This document shows, one piece after another, positions 9,211-16,834 of a DNA stretch of 64,000 nucleotides. A program made the position numbers and the translations under genes. Source of the stretch: Myxococcaceae bacterium (GTDB taxonomy: Bacteria; Myxococcota_A; Polyangia; Polyangiales; Ga0077539); the NCBI GenBank assembly GCA_004297725.1, contig SCUS01000160.1, forward strand, positions 5,615 through 69,614. Direction: 5' to 3'. The notes below the pieces were generated by a model, which saw only the letters and a list, made by a program, of their open reading frames with translations, was not told where the DNA came from and did not search any database. Positions within the stretch are counted from its first letter, which is position 1. The number at the start of each line of letters is the position of its first letter.

Positions 9211-12200
9211 ATGCTTGAACGAAGAAGATCGAGCGCCCTCCCAGCATGGCTGGCGCTCCTCGCCTGGGCCGCGATCGCGGGCTGTACCGACGGATCGTCC
9301 GTCGTCGGTGGCACCAGCGACGCCTCCGTGGACGGAGGCTCCGACATCGGCCCGCGCTGCGCGGCCAACGAGTCGACCTGCGGCGGGCGCTGCGTGGACC
9401 TCCAGGCCAGCCGGGAGAACTGCGGCACCTGCGGCAACGCGTGCCCGGGCTCGCAGGTCTGCGTCGCCGGGAGCTGCCAGATCGGCTGCCCCCCGAGCCA
9501 GCAGGCCTGCGGCGGCGCGTGCGTCACGCTCTCCACCGACCGCGCCCACTGCGGCGCCTGCGGCAACGCGTGCGGCGCCGGCCAGGTCTGCGCCATGGGC
9601 GTCTGCGGCCTGGAGTGCGGCCCGATGCTGGCCCTCTGCGGCGGCGCCTCGGACGCCGGGGCCTCCGACGCCGGGACCTCCGCGCGCTACTGCGCCGACA
9701 CCCGCACCGACCGCCTGAACTGCGGCGGCTGCGGCGCCATCTGCCCCGCCGGGCAGGTGTGCAACGGCGGCGCCTGCGAGGTGTCGTGCCTCGCCGGGCA
9801 GACCACCTGCTCGGGCATCTGCCGTGACCTGCAGACCGACCGCAACCACTGCGGCGCCTGCGGCACCGTGTGCCCCGGCGGCGAGGTCTGCAACGCGGGC
9901 GTCTGCGAGGTGTCGTGCCTCGCCGGGCAGACCACCTGCTCGGGCGTCTGCCGCGACCTGCAGACCGACCGCGCCCACTGCGGCGCGTGCGGCACCGCCT
10001 GCCCCGCGGGCCAGGTCTGCGCCGGCGGCACCTGCGAGGTCTCCTGCCTCTCGGGCCTCACCACCTGCTCGGGCACCTGCCGTGATCTCCAGACCGACCG
10101 CGCCCACTGCGGCGCCTGCGACAACGCCTGCCCCGCGGGACAGGTCTGCGCCGGCGGCGCCTGCGCCGTGTCGTGCCTCTCGGGGCTCAACAACTGCTCG
10201 GGCACCTGCCGTGATCTCCAGACCGACCGCGCCAACTGCGGCGCCTGCGGCACCACCTGCCCCACCGGGCAGGTGTGCAACGCGGGCGCCTGCGAGGTGT
10301 CGTGCCTCGCGGGCCAGACGGCCTGCTCGGGCACCTGCCGCGACCTGCTCACCGACCGCGCCAACTGCGGCGCCTGCGGCACCACCTGCCCGTCGGGCCA
10401 GGTCTGCGCCGCGGGCTCCTGCCAGGTGTCGTGCGGCACCGAGCTCGACGCCTGCTCGGGCGTCTGCCGTGACCTGCAGACCGACCGCAACCACTGCGGC
10501 GCCTGCGGCAACGTGTGCCCCGGCGGCCAGGCCTGCGTGGCCGGCGCCTGCGTGGTGTCGTGCAGCACCGGGCTCTCCAACTGCTCGGGCGTCTGCCGCG
10601 ACCTCAACAACGACCGCCTCAACTGCGGCGCGTGCGCCAACGTCTGCGCCGCGGGGCGCATCTGCAACGCCGGGGTCTGCGAGCTCTCGTGCGTCGCGGG
10701 CCTCAACAGCTGCAGCGGCACCTGCCGCGATCTGCAGACCGACCGCGGCAACTGCGGCACCTGCGGAAACACCTGCGCCGCGGGCCAGATCTGCAACGCC
10801 GGGGCGTGCGAGCTCTCCTGCGCCGCGGGGCTCACGAGCTGCGGCGCCACCTGCCGCGACACCACCACCGACCGGCTGAACTGCGGCGCCTGCGGGACCA
10901 TCTGCGCGGCCGGCACGGTCTGCGTGGGCAGCGCCTGCGTGGTGTCGTGCAGCGCGGGGCTCACCACCTGCGCGGGCGTCTGCCGCGACACGTCCACCGA
11001 CCGGGCCAACTGCGGCGGCTGCGGCCGCGCGTGCGGCGCGGGCGAGGTCTGCACCGCGGGCGCCTGCGTGCTCTCCTGCGGGCCGGGCCAGACCGCCTGC
11101 ACGGGCGTCTGCCGCGACACGGCCACCGACCGCGCCAACTGCGGCGGCTGCGGCCGCGTCTGCACCGCGGGCCAGGTGTGCACCGCGGGCGTCTGCGCGG
11201 CGGGCTGCTCCCCGACGCAGACCGTGTGCGGGGGTCAGTGCACCACCGTCGCGATCGATCCGGACAACTGCGGGACCTGCGGGCGGGTGTGCGCCGAGCC
11301 GGCCAACTCCTTCGGGGCCTGCGCGGCGGGCGTGTGCTCCTTCGTGTGCGCCCCGGGCTTCGCGGACTGCAACCGCGTCTCCACGGACGGCTGCGAGGTC
11401 AACACCCAGACCACCGTGACGAGCTGCGGCGGCTGCGGGACGGTCTGCGCCCCGGCCAACGCCGTGGCCGCCTGCGTGGCGGGCGCGTGCCGCGTCGGGA
11501 GCTGCAACGCGGGCTTCGCCGACTGCAACAACAACCCGGCCGACGGCTGCGAGGTCAACCTCGCCACCAGCGTCGGCAACTGCGGCGCCTGCGGCAACGC
11601 GTGCGCCACCGGGAGCTGCTCCGGCGGCGTGTGCGGGCTGCGCTGCAACAGCGGCGCGCGCCAGGTGCTGTCCATCGGCGTGGCGGCCTCGACGCTGCTG
11701 CCCAACCTCCCGTCGGGCGTGACCGTCACCACGGTGACCGACGCGCAGTGGCGGGCGATGACGCCGGCGCAGTTCCAGTCGTACCAGCTCATCATCATGG
11801 GGGAGGGCGCGTCGTCGACCAACTACCAGAGCACCGTCGACACGCGCGCCACCTGGGCGCCCGCGGTCAACGGGCGCATCGCCCTCACCGGCCTCCACAT
11901 GATGGGCCACGGCCAGGGTCTGACGGTGCTGCGCGCCACCTGGGCGTGGCTGCTCTCGGGCCCCGGCACCGCGCTCTACGTGGACGGCCAGTTCGGCGGC
12001 ACCTTCCGCGGCTTCAGCCAGCTCGTGCCCATCGGCACCTTCACCGGCACCGGCGGCCTCAGCCTCGACGCGGTGACCGTGACCGTCCCCTCGCACCCGG
12101 TGATGGCGGGCTCCAGCAGCGCCTCGCTCTCCAACTGGGGGCAGTCGGTGCACTCGCAGATCACCTCGGCGCCGACGGGCTTCGACACCCTCGCCACCGC

Positions 12201-12249
12201 CGGGGGACAGAGCGTGATGACCGTCCGCTCCACCGCCTGCGTCCCCTGA
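9211..12249 (+). CDS. Giant lipoprotein with about 15-17 Stig1-like Cys-rich repeats and an uncharacterized C-terminal domain
   Basis: ATG 9211 (MLERRRSSALPAWLALLAWAAIAGC lipobox) in frame with ORF 7669..12249. Repeats fit C.G.C.DLQTDR.NCGACG..C..GQVC..G.C.VSC. The last ~200 aa are non-repetitive. Confidence 0.8.
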   Translation: MLERRRSSALPAWLALLAWAAIAGCTDGSSVVGGTSDASVDGGSDIGPRCAANESTCGGRCVDLQASRENCGTCGNACPGSQVCVAGSCQIGCPPSQQACGGACVTLSTDRAHCGACGNACGAGQVCAMGVCGLECGPMLALCGGASDAGASDAGTSARYCADTRTDRLNCGGCGAICPAGQVCNGGACEVSCLAGQTTCSGICRDLQTDRNHCGACGTVCPGGEVCNAGVCEVSCLAGQTTCSGVCRDLQTDRAHCGACGTACPAGQVCAGGTCEVSCLSGLTTCSGTCRDLQTDRAHCGACDNACPAGQVCAGGACAVSCLSGLNNCSGTCRDLQTDRANCGACGTTCPTGQVCNAGACEVSCLAGQTACSGTCRDLLTDRANCGACGTTCPSGQVCAAGSCQVSCGTELDACSGVCRDLQTDRNHCGACGNVCPGGQACVAGACVVSCSTGLSNCSGVCRDLNNDRLNCGACANVCAAGRICNAGVCELSCVAGLNSCSGTCRDLQTDRGNCGTCGNTCAAGQICNAGACELSCAAGLTSCGATCRDTTTDRLNCGACGTICAAGTVCVGSACVVSCSAGLTTCAGVCRDTSTDRANCGGCGRACGAGEVCTAGACVLSCGPGQTACTGVCRDTATDRANCGGCGRVCTAGQVCTAGVCAAGCSPTQTVCGGQCTTVAIDPDNCGTCGRVCAEPANSFGACAAGVCSFVCAPGFADCNRVSTDGCEVNTQTTVTSCGGCGTVCAPANAVAACVAGACRVGSCNAGFADCNNNPADGCEVNLATSVGNCGACGNACATGSCSGGVCGLRCNSGARQVLSIGVAASTLLPNLPSGVTVTTVTDAQWRAMTPAQFQSYQLIIMGEGASSTNYQSTVDTRATWAPAVNGRIALTGLHMMGHGQGLTVLRATWAWLLSGPGTALYVDGQFGGTFRGFSQLVPIGTFTGTGGLSLDAVTVTVPSHPVMAGSSSASLSNWGQSVHSQITSAPTGFDTLATAGGQSVMTVRSTACVP

Positions 12250-12290
12250 CTCCTCCCGCCTGAGCCTCCCCTCCCCTCCCTGAACCCCCC

Positions 12291-13049
12291 TCAGCCCTTG
12301 GGCTCGCCCTCGACGATCACCGGGTCGTCCTGCTCCGGCAGGCGCTCGGTCTCGTCCAGGTCGATGAAGTGCCCCGACCGGGCGGCCTTGGTCTCCAGGT
12401 AGAAGCGGTTGTGCTCGTTGGGCGCCATCACGTGCGGCAGCCGCCCGCTCACCGTGATGCCGTGCTGCTCCAGCTGCCTGATCTTGTCAGGGTTGTTGGT
12501 CATCAGCTGGATCGACCGCACCCCGAGGCTCTGGAGCATGTGCGCGGCGATGGCGTAGTCGCGCTCGTCGTCTCGGAAGCCCAGCGCCCGGTTGGCGTCG
12601 ACCGTGTCCAGCCCCTGCTCCTGCAGCGCGTAGGCCCTCACCTTGTTCACCAGCCCGATGCCTCGGCCCTCCTGGCGGAGGTAGAGCAGCACGCCCCGCT
12701 CCATCGAGGCCAGCGCCCGGAGCGCGGCCTCGAGCTGGTCGCGGCAGTCGCAGCGCAGGGAGCCCAGCGCGTCGCCGGTGAGGCACTCGGAGTGCAACCG
12801 GGTGGGAACGTCCGACGCGCCGATCACGTCGCCGTGCACCAGGGCGATGTGCTCCTTGTTGTCGCGGTTGTTCCAGAAGGCGACGATCTGGAAGTCGCCG
12901 AAGCGGGTGGGCAGCCGCGCCACCGCGTCGACCTTCACGCAGACGTGGTGCACCCCGAAGCCGCCGCAGTTGTGGTCGCGGTCGCGCTCGACGAGCTGCT
13001 GCAGCCCCGTCGGCTGCGCCTGGGTCTGCCCTTGGGAAGGCTTCTTCAT
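12291..13049 (-). CDS. ribA: GTP cyclohydrolase II with a ~45-aa N-terminal extension
   Basis: RLHSECLTGDALGSLRCDCRDQL (zinc-Cys motif), YLRQEGRGIGLVNK, TNNPDKI. The ATG (13047-13049) abuts the stop of the upstream caspase gene (13050-13052). Confidence 0.9.
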   Translation of the reverse strand: MKKPSQGQTQAQPTGLQQLVERDRDHNCGGFGVHHVCVKVDAVARLPTRFGDFQIVAFWNNRDNKEHIALVHGDVIGASDVPTRLHSECLTGDALGSLRCDCRDQLEAALRALASMERGVLLYLRQEGRGIGLVNKVRAYALQEQGLDTVDANRALGFRDDERDYAIAAHMLQSLGVRSIQLMTNNPDKIRQLEQHGITVSGRLPHVMAPNEHNRFYLETKAARSGHFIDLDETERLPEQDDPVIVEGEPKG

Positions 13050-14264
13050 CTATGACGTTCCTCTGTAACCGCTGCCCGACGCGCGCAGGTAGGCCAGCGC
13101 CCCGGCGTGCCCGGGGTCGATGCGCAGCACCTCCTCGGTCGCCCTCAGCGCCGCCGCCTCGTCGCGCAGCACCGCGCGGTGGATGCTCACCACGTGCTCG
13201 ATGGTGCGCACCTTCTCCGCCGCGCTCGTGACCAGCGCCGCGCGCCGCCAGCACGCCGCCACCGCCTCGGCCCAGCGCCCCGCCTGCTCGTGCGCCGTGA
13301 TCTCCCGCTCCACCGAGGCCAGCTCCGTCGCGCCCTGCGCCGTGGCCGCTGCCCGCCGCGCCCGGCCGCCGAAGACCGTCGCGCCCGAGCGCCCCTCGGG
13401 CACGTGGATCTGCGGCGTCTGCTTGACCCCCAGCCTCGCCATCAGGGCCCTGGTGCGGGCGTGCAGCTCCTCCCAGGTGAGGTCGTCCTTCGTGCGGCGC
13501 AGCACGTCGAGCATCGCGTGGCTGAAGGCCCCCTCGTAGATGCCCCCGAAGCTCGCGTCGGAGGAGGTCTCGTCGTCCGAGCACGCCCCCAGCGACACCG
13601 CGGGGAAGGCGTCGTGGAGCAGCGCCCCCATCGCCCCGTGCTCGGCCCCGGCGGGGGGCTTCTTCTTCTTCCGGGTCGAGGCCTTCGCGGGCCTCTTGCG
13701 CGCGGCCTTCGTGCCCCGCGTCACGTCGTAGCGCTCGGGCAGCGGAACATACCGCGGGCCCAGCAGCTCGACGCCCTCCGCGAGCCCTCGCGGCGCCGAG
13801 CGGGTGCGATAGGCCGCCGAGGCGGTGTCCTGCATGGTTCCAGCGTGGCAGGTGTCCCAGATCGCGGCGAGGCGCACCCCCTGGGGGACCTTCGCCAGCG
13901 CGCGGGCCAGCTCGTCGTCGGAGAGCACCCCGCGCTCCCAGTCGTGGTCGTGGGCGACCAGCACCTCGTCGTAGCCGTCCTCGTCGTCGCCGTCCTGGTC
14001 GGGGACGTGCGAGCCGTGCGTCGACGCGAAGAGCACCAGCTCGTCGCCAGGGCGCGAGCCCTCCAGCAGCGCGCCGATGGACGAGAGCAGCGCCGCCCGG
14101 GTGGCCTGCTCGTCGGCCAGCACCAGCACGTTGCGAGGATCGAAGCCGAAGTCCCGCATCAGCATCAGCGACAGCGTGCGGGCGTCGTTGACCGCCCCCT
14201 TGAGCGGCGGCAGCTCGCGGTCGGTGAAGCGGTTGATGCCCACGCAGAGAGCGCGCTTCGTCAT
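13050..14264 (-). CDS. Caspase-family (peptidase C14) protein with a helical/TPR-like C-terminal region
   Basis: MTKRALCVGINRF...LKGAVNDA. Catalytic His (FASTHGSH) and Cys (IWDTCHAG) motifs are present. The C-terminal ~90 aa look helical-repeat-like. Confidence 0.85.
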   Translation of the reverse strand: MTKRALCVGINRFTDRELPPLKGAVNDARTLSLMLMRDFGFDPRNVLVLADEQATRAALLSSIGALLEGSRPGDELVLFASTHGSHVPDQDGDDEDGYDEVLVAHDHDWERGVLSDDELARALAKVPQGVRLAAIWDTCHAGTMQDTASAAYRTRSAPRGLAEGVELLGPRYVPLPERYDVTRGTKAARKRPAKASTRKKKKPPAGAEHGAMGALLHDAFPAVSLGACSDDETSSDASFGGIYEGAFSHAMLDVLRRTKDDLTWEELHARTRALMARLGVKQTPQIHVPEGRSGATVFGGRARRAAATAQGATELASVEREITAHEQAGRWAEAVAACWRRAALVTSAAEKVRTIEHVVSIHRAVLRDEAAALRATEEVLRIDPGHAGALAYLRASGSGYRGTS

Positions 14265-14271
14265 GGGGGGC

Positions 14272-15354
14272 CTACAGCTCCACCCGAAGGCCCTCGGCCT
14301 CGGAGGAGGGATACAGGGCGGTGTACTCCAGCGCCCTCGCCAGGGCGGGGTCGGCCCAGGCCGCGGTGCGGTCGCAGCGGTAGTTGAAGCAGAGGGTGGC
14401 GCCCGGTCCGCCGTGGGCGATGACCCGGGAGATGCACTCGTCGTCGGGGTGGTCGAACACGCTGCCGTCGGTGCTGAAGAGGTAGCGCCCGCACTCGATG
14501 CGGTAGAGCAGCGGCCACGTGGTGTTGCCCCGGCTGCCGTGGTGCGAGACCTTCATGGCGTCGAGGCGCAGCGGGGCGTGGCCGCGCTCGGCGAAGAGGC
14601 GCTCGAAGGACTCCATCAGCACGCCGGGGTAGGCGTCGCCGGTGAGCAGGCAGCGCCTGCCGTCGTGCTCGGCGAGGAGCGCGATGCTGCTGCCGTTGGC
14701 CTCGGCGCCGTCCTGCGCGAAGGGGACGTCGAGCAGCTTCTCCAGGTCGGGACGGGCGCCGGGGCGGGGGCGCCTGCGGGCCTCCCTCGCGGGGGGATTC
14801 ACCTCGCGGGCGCGCGTGGCGCCGGGGGCGATGCCCGCGTCGCGGCACTCCTTCTCCCAGGCGCTGCGGAGGCGCTCGAGGCCCGCGCGGTGGGGGGAGA
14901 GCAGCGTGAGGGTCATCGCGCCGTCGAGGGTGATCCGGGGGAGCGCGCCCTCCGCCGGGACCATCACGGCGTCGCCCTGGAAGGCGAGGTTCCAGGGGAG
15001 GCGGCGGGCGCGGAGGAGCTCGGAGAGGCGCTCTCCCTGGGCGGCGCCTCGGGTGCCTTCCGGCGTCGGGAGGTGGCGGAAGCCGTTGAACCAGATGTCC
15101 CCGAAGGTGACGCCGAGGGAGGTGTCTTCGAGCAGCTCGATGACCCCGCCGATGTGGTCGGCGTCGATGTGGGAGACGACCAGGAGCTCGAAGCGGCGCT
15201 GCGACGGAGGGAGCGCCGCGATGCGGGGGCGGAGGGCGCGGAAGGTGGCGGGCGTGCCGCCGTCGATCAGGATGCGACGCGGGGCGGAGGCGGGGCCGTA
15301 GTCGATCCAGAGGCAGTCCCCGTGATCGGCGGGCAGCATGTCGATCGCGAACAT
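14272..15354 (-). CDS. MBL-fold metallo-hydrolase (ComEC-C-terminal-like subgroup)
   Basis: MLPADHGDCLWIDY, VVSHIDADHIGG (HxDxDH-type metal motif), LLTGDA, KVSHHGSRGN. Stop lies 7 nt upstream of the caspase ATG. Confidence 0.8.
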   Translation of the reverse strand: MFAIDMLPADHGDCLWIDYGPASAPRRILIDGGTPATFRALRPRIAALPPSQRRFELLVVSHIDADHIGGVIELLEDTSLGVTFGDIWFNGFRHLPTPEGTRGAAQGERLSELLRARRLPWNLAFQGDAVMVPAEGALPRITLDGAMTLTLLSPHRAGLERLRSAWEKECRDAGIAPGATRAREVNPPAREARRRPRPGARPDLEKLLDVPFAQDGAEANGSSIALLAEHDGRRCLLTGDAYPGVLMESFERLFAERGHAPLRLDAMKVSHHGSRGNTTWPLLYRIECGRYLFSTDGSVFDHPDDECISRVIAHGGPGATLCFNYRCDRTAAWADPALARALEYTALYPSSEAEGLRVEL

Positions 15355-15402
15355 CTGGGCGCGACCCTACCACGCAGCGGAGAGGCCGCTCCGACGCCGC
15401 GA

Positions 15403-16389
15403 TCAGTCGCCCGTCGGAACCACCCGGAAGCGCGTCCCGGTGGTGACCGAGGTGCAGTCCGGGGCGCGGGGCGTGGCGTCGATGCGACCGCCGGGGCACA
15501 CCACGAAGGCGAGGCTTCCGTCGGGGTGCTCGAGGCCCACGGCGGCGCGGGTGGGGGCGTTCATCGGCTGGCCGGTGATGGTCTCGTAGATGAAGTCCAT
15601 CGAGGCGTCGGCCTCGTTGTAGATCACCTCGAAGGAGGCGGTGCCGGCGAGGGGCATCGACGTCTCGCCGCTGTAGAAGCGCGCGTTCTTCCACTGGATG
15701 ATCCAGCGGCGGATGGGGGCGCTGCCCACGACGACGGAGCACACCCCGTCGGCCCCGGTGACCAGGTCGACCCAGTAGGGAGCGATCACCCCGTTGGGCG
15801 CGCGCGTGCTGGGGATCGTCCCTCCGATGGCCATCGTCGGGTCGATCGGCATCTGGCTGATGAAGCCGTTGGAGTAGACCTGCAGCCCGAGGCTCTGCGG
15901 CACCGGGATGCCGAAGAAGCGCAGGGAGAAGGGAGCGACCAGCGTGGTCGACTCGTCGTCCGCGTTCACCAGCACGCGCTGTGCGCCGGGCAGCGTGCAC
16001 GCCTCGACCAGCGTCGCGTCGGTGACCGTGCGTCGGTAGCGGGCGACCCCGCCCGCGTCGACAGGGGGTGTTCCCACGTCGACAGGGGGCGTTCCCACGT
16101 CGACAGGGGGTGTCCCCACGTCGACAGGGGGTGTTCCCACGTCGACAGGGGGTGTCCCCACGTCGACAGGGGGCGTTCCCACGTCGACAGGGGGCGTTCC
16201 CACGTCGACAGGGGGCGTTCCCACGTCGACAGGGGGCAGCGTGGCGTCGGTGGGGGCGCCGGTGTCCGACGCGCCGCCGTCGCTCTCGATGGGACCGGTG
16301 TTGCCGCTGCCGCGGGCGTCGCATGCGCCGAGCGCGGCGAGCAGGGAGATCGACCCGAGGACGCGGATCGAAGGGAGGGAGGACTTCAT
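15403..16389 (-). CDS. Secreted lipoprotein with a PPVDVGT x ~9 linker and a beta-sandwich (NIDO-like?) C-terminal domain
   Basis: ATG at 16387-16389 gives MKSSLPSIRVLGSISLLAALGAC (lipobox). The upstream GTG at 16404 is less likely. 48-bp gap to the MBL gene on the same strand. Confidence 0.7.
   Translation of the reverse strand: MKSSLPSIRVLGSISLLAALGACDARGSGNTGPIESDGGASDTGAPTDATLPPVDVGTPPVDVGTPPVDVGTPPVDVGTPPVDVGTPPVDVGTPPVDVGTPPVDVGTPPVDAGGVARYRRTVTDATLVEACTLPGAQRVLVNADDESTTLVAPFSLRFFGIPVPQSLGLQVYSNGFISQMPIDPTMAIGGTIPSTRAPNGVIAPYWVDLVTGADGVCSVVVGSAPIRRWIIQWKNARFYSGETSMPLAGTASFEVIYNEADASMDFIYETITGQPMNAPTRAAVGLEHPDGSLAFVVCPGGRIDATPRAPDCTSVTTGTRFRVVPTGD
16057..16239. repeat. 21-bp tandem repeat (~8.7 units) encoding PPVDVGT
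   Basis: GTCGACAGGGGGYGTYCCCAC units run head to tail and in frame inside CDS 15403..16389. Confidence 0.95.
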
Positions 16390-16460
16390 GCGATGGAGCT
16401 TCACGGGTCCTCCAGCGCTATCCCGGCGCGGCGACGCGCGTCAACGACGGGCGTCCGCGC

Positions 16461-16828
16461 TGGTGTCCGGAGTACGAGCGCGAGGTTGGCGGCGGGGAGT
16501 TCTTCGGTACGACCGCGAGGCGTCGTTACCCGGAGCCAGACCCTGAGCGTTAGCGAGGGGGAGCGCCCTCGACCGCCGTCAGCGCGTACCTCCGACGCTG
16601 CCCTACTCGCGAGAAGCAGCGGAGATTCCGGACGCGTATTGAGGCGTGGGCGGGATCTACCCCTCGCTAACGCTCAGGGTCTGGCTCCGGGTAACGACGC
16701 CTCGCGGTCGTACCGAAGAACTCCCCGCCGTGGGCCTCGCGATCGTACCGGGGACTCCTCGCTGACGGCCACGCGCTCGTACCGGGGACTCCCCGACGAC
16801 AGCCTCGCGCTCGTACTCCGAACTCCAG
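16461..16828. repeat. Composite palindromic intergenic element containing a perfect 71-bp inverted repeat
   Basis: Arms 16490-16560 and 16660-16730 are exact reverse complements with a 99-nt spacer. Extra ~30-nt CCTCGCG.TCGTACCG.GGACTCC-type copies follow on the right (16733-16819). One inverted copy lies on the left (16469-16485). Confidence 0.9.
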
Positions 16829-16834
16829 GTCAGC

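Noticed and set aside
9208-12153. 981-aa antisense ORF and several plus-frame ORFs across the Cys-repeat gene
   Set aside because: The antisense of a GC-rich repeat stays open by chance. The sense frame has a lipobox and a periodic Cys pattern, and the others do not.
16057-16239. Regular short direct repeats that could superficially resemble a CRISPR array (also 19237-19341 and 51650-51960)
   Set aside because: The units are contiguous with no spacers, 15-21 bp long, in frame inside CDSs, and encode peptide repeats. No cas genes are present.
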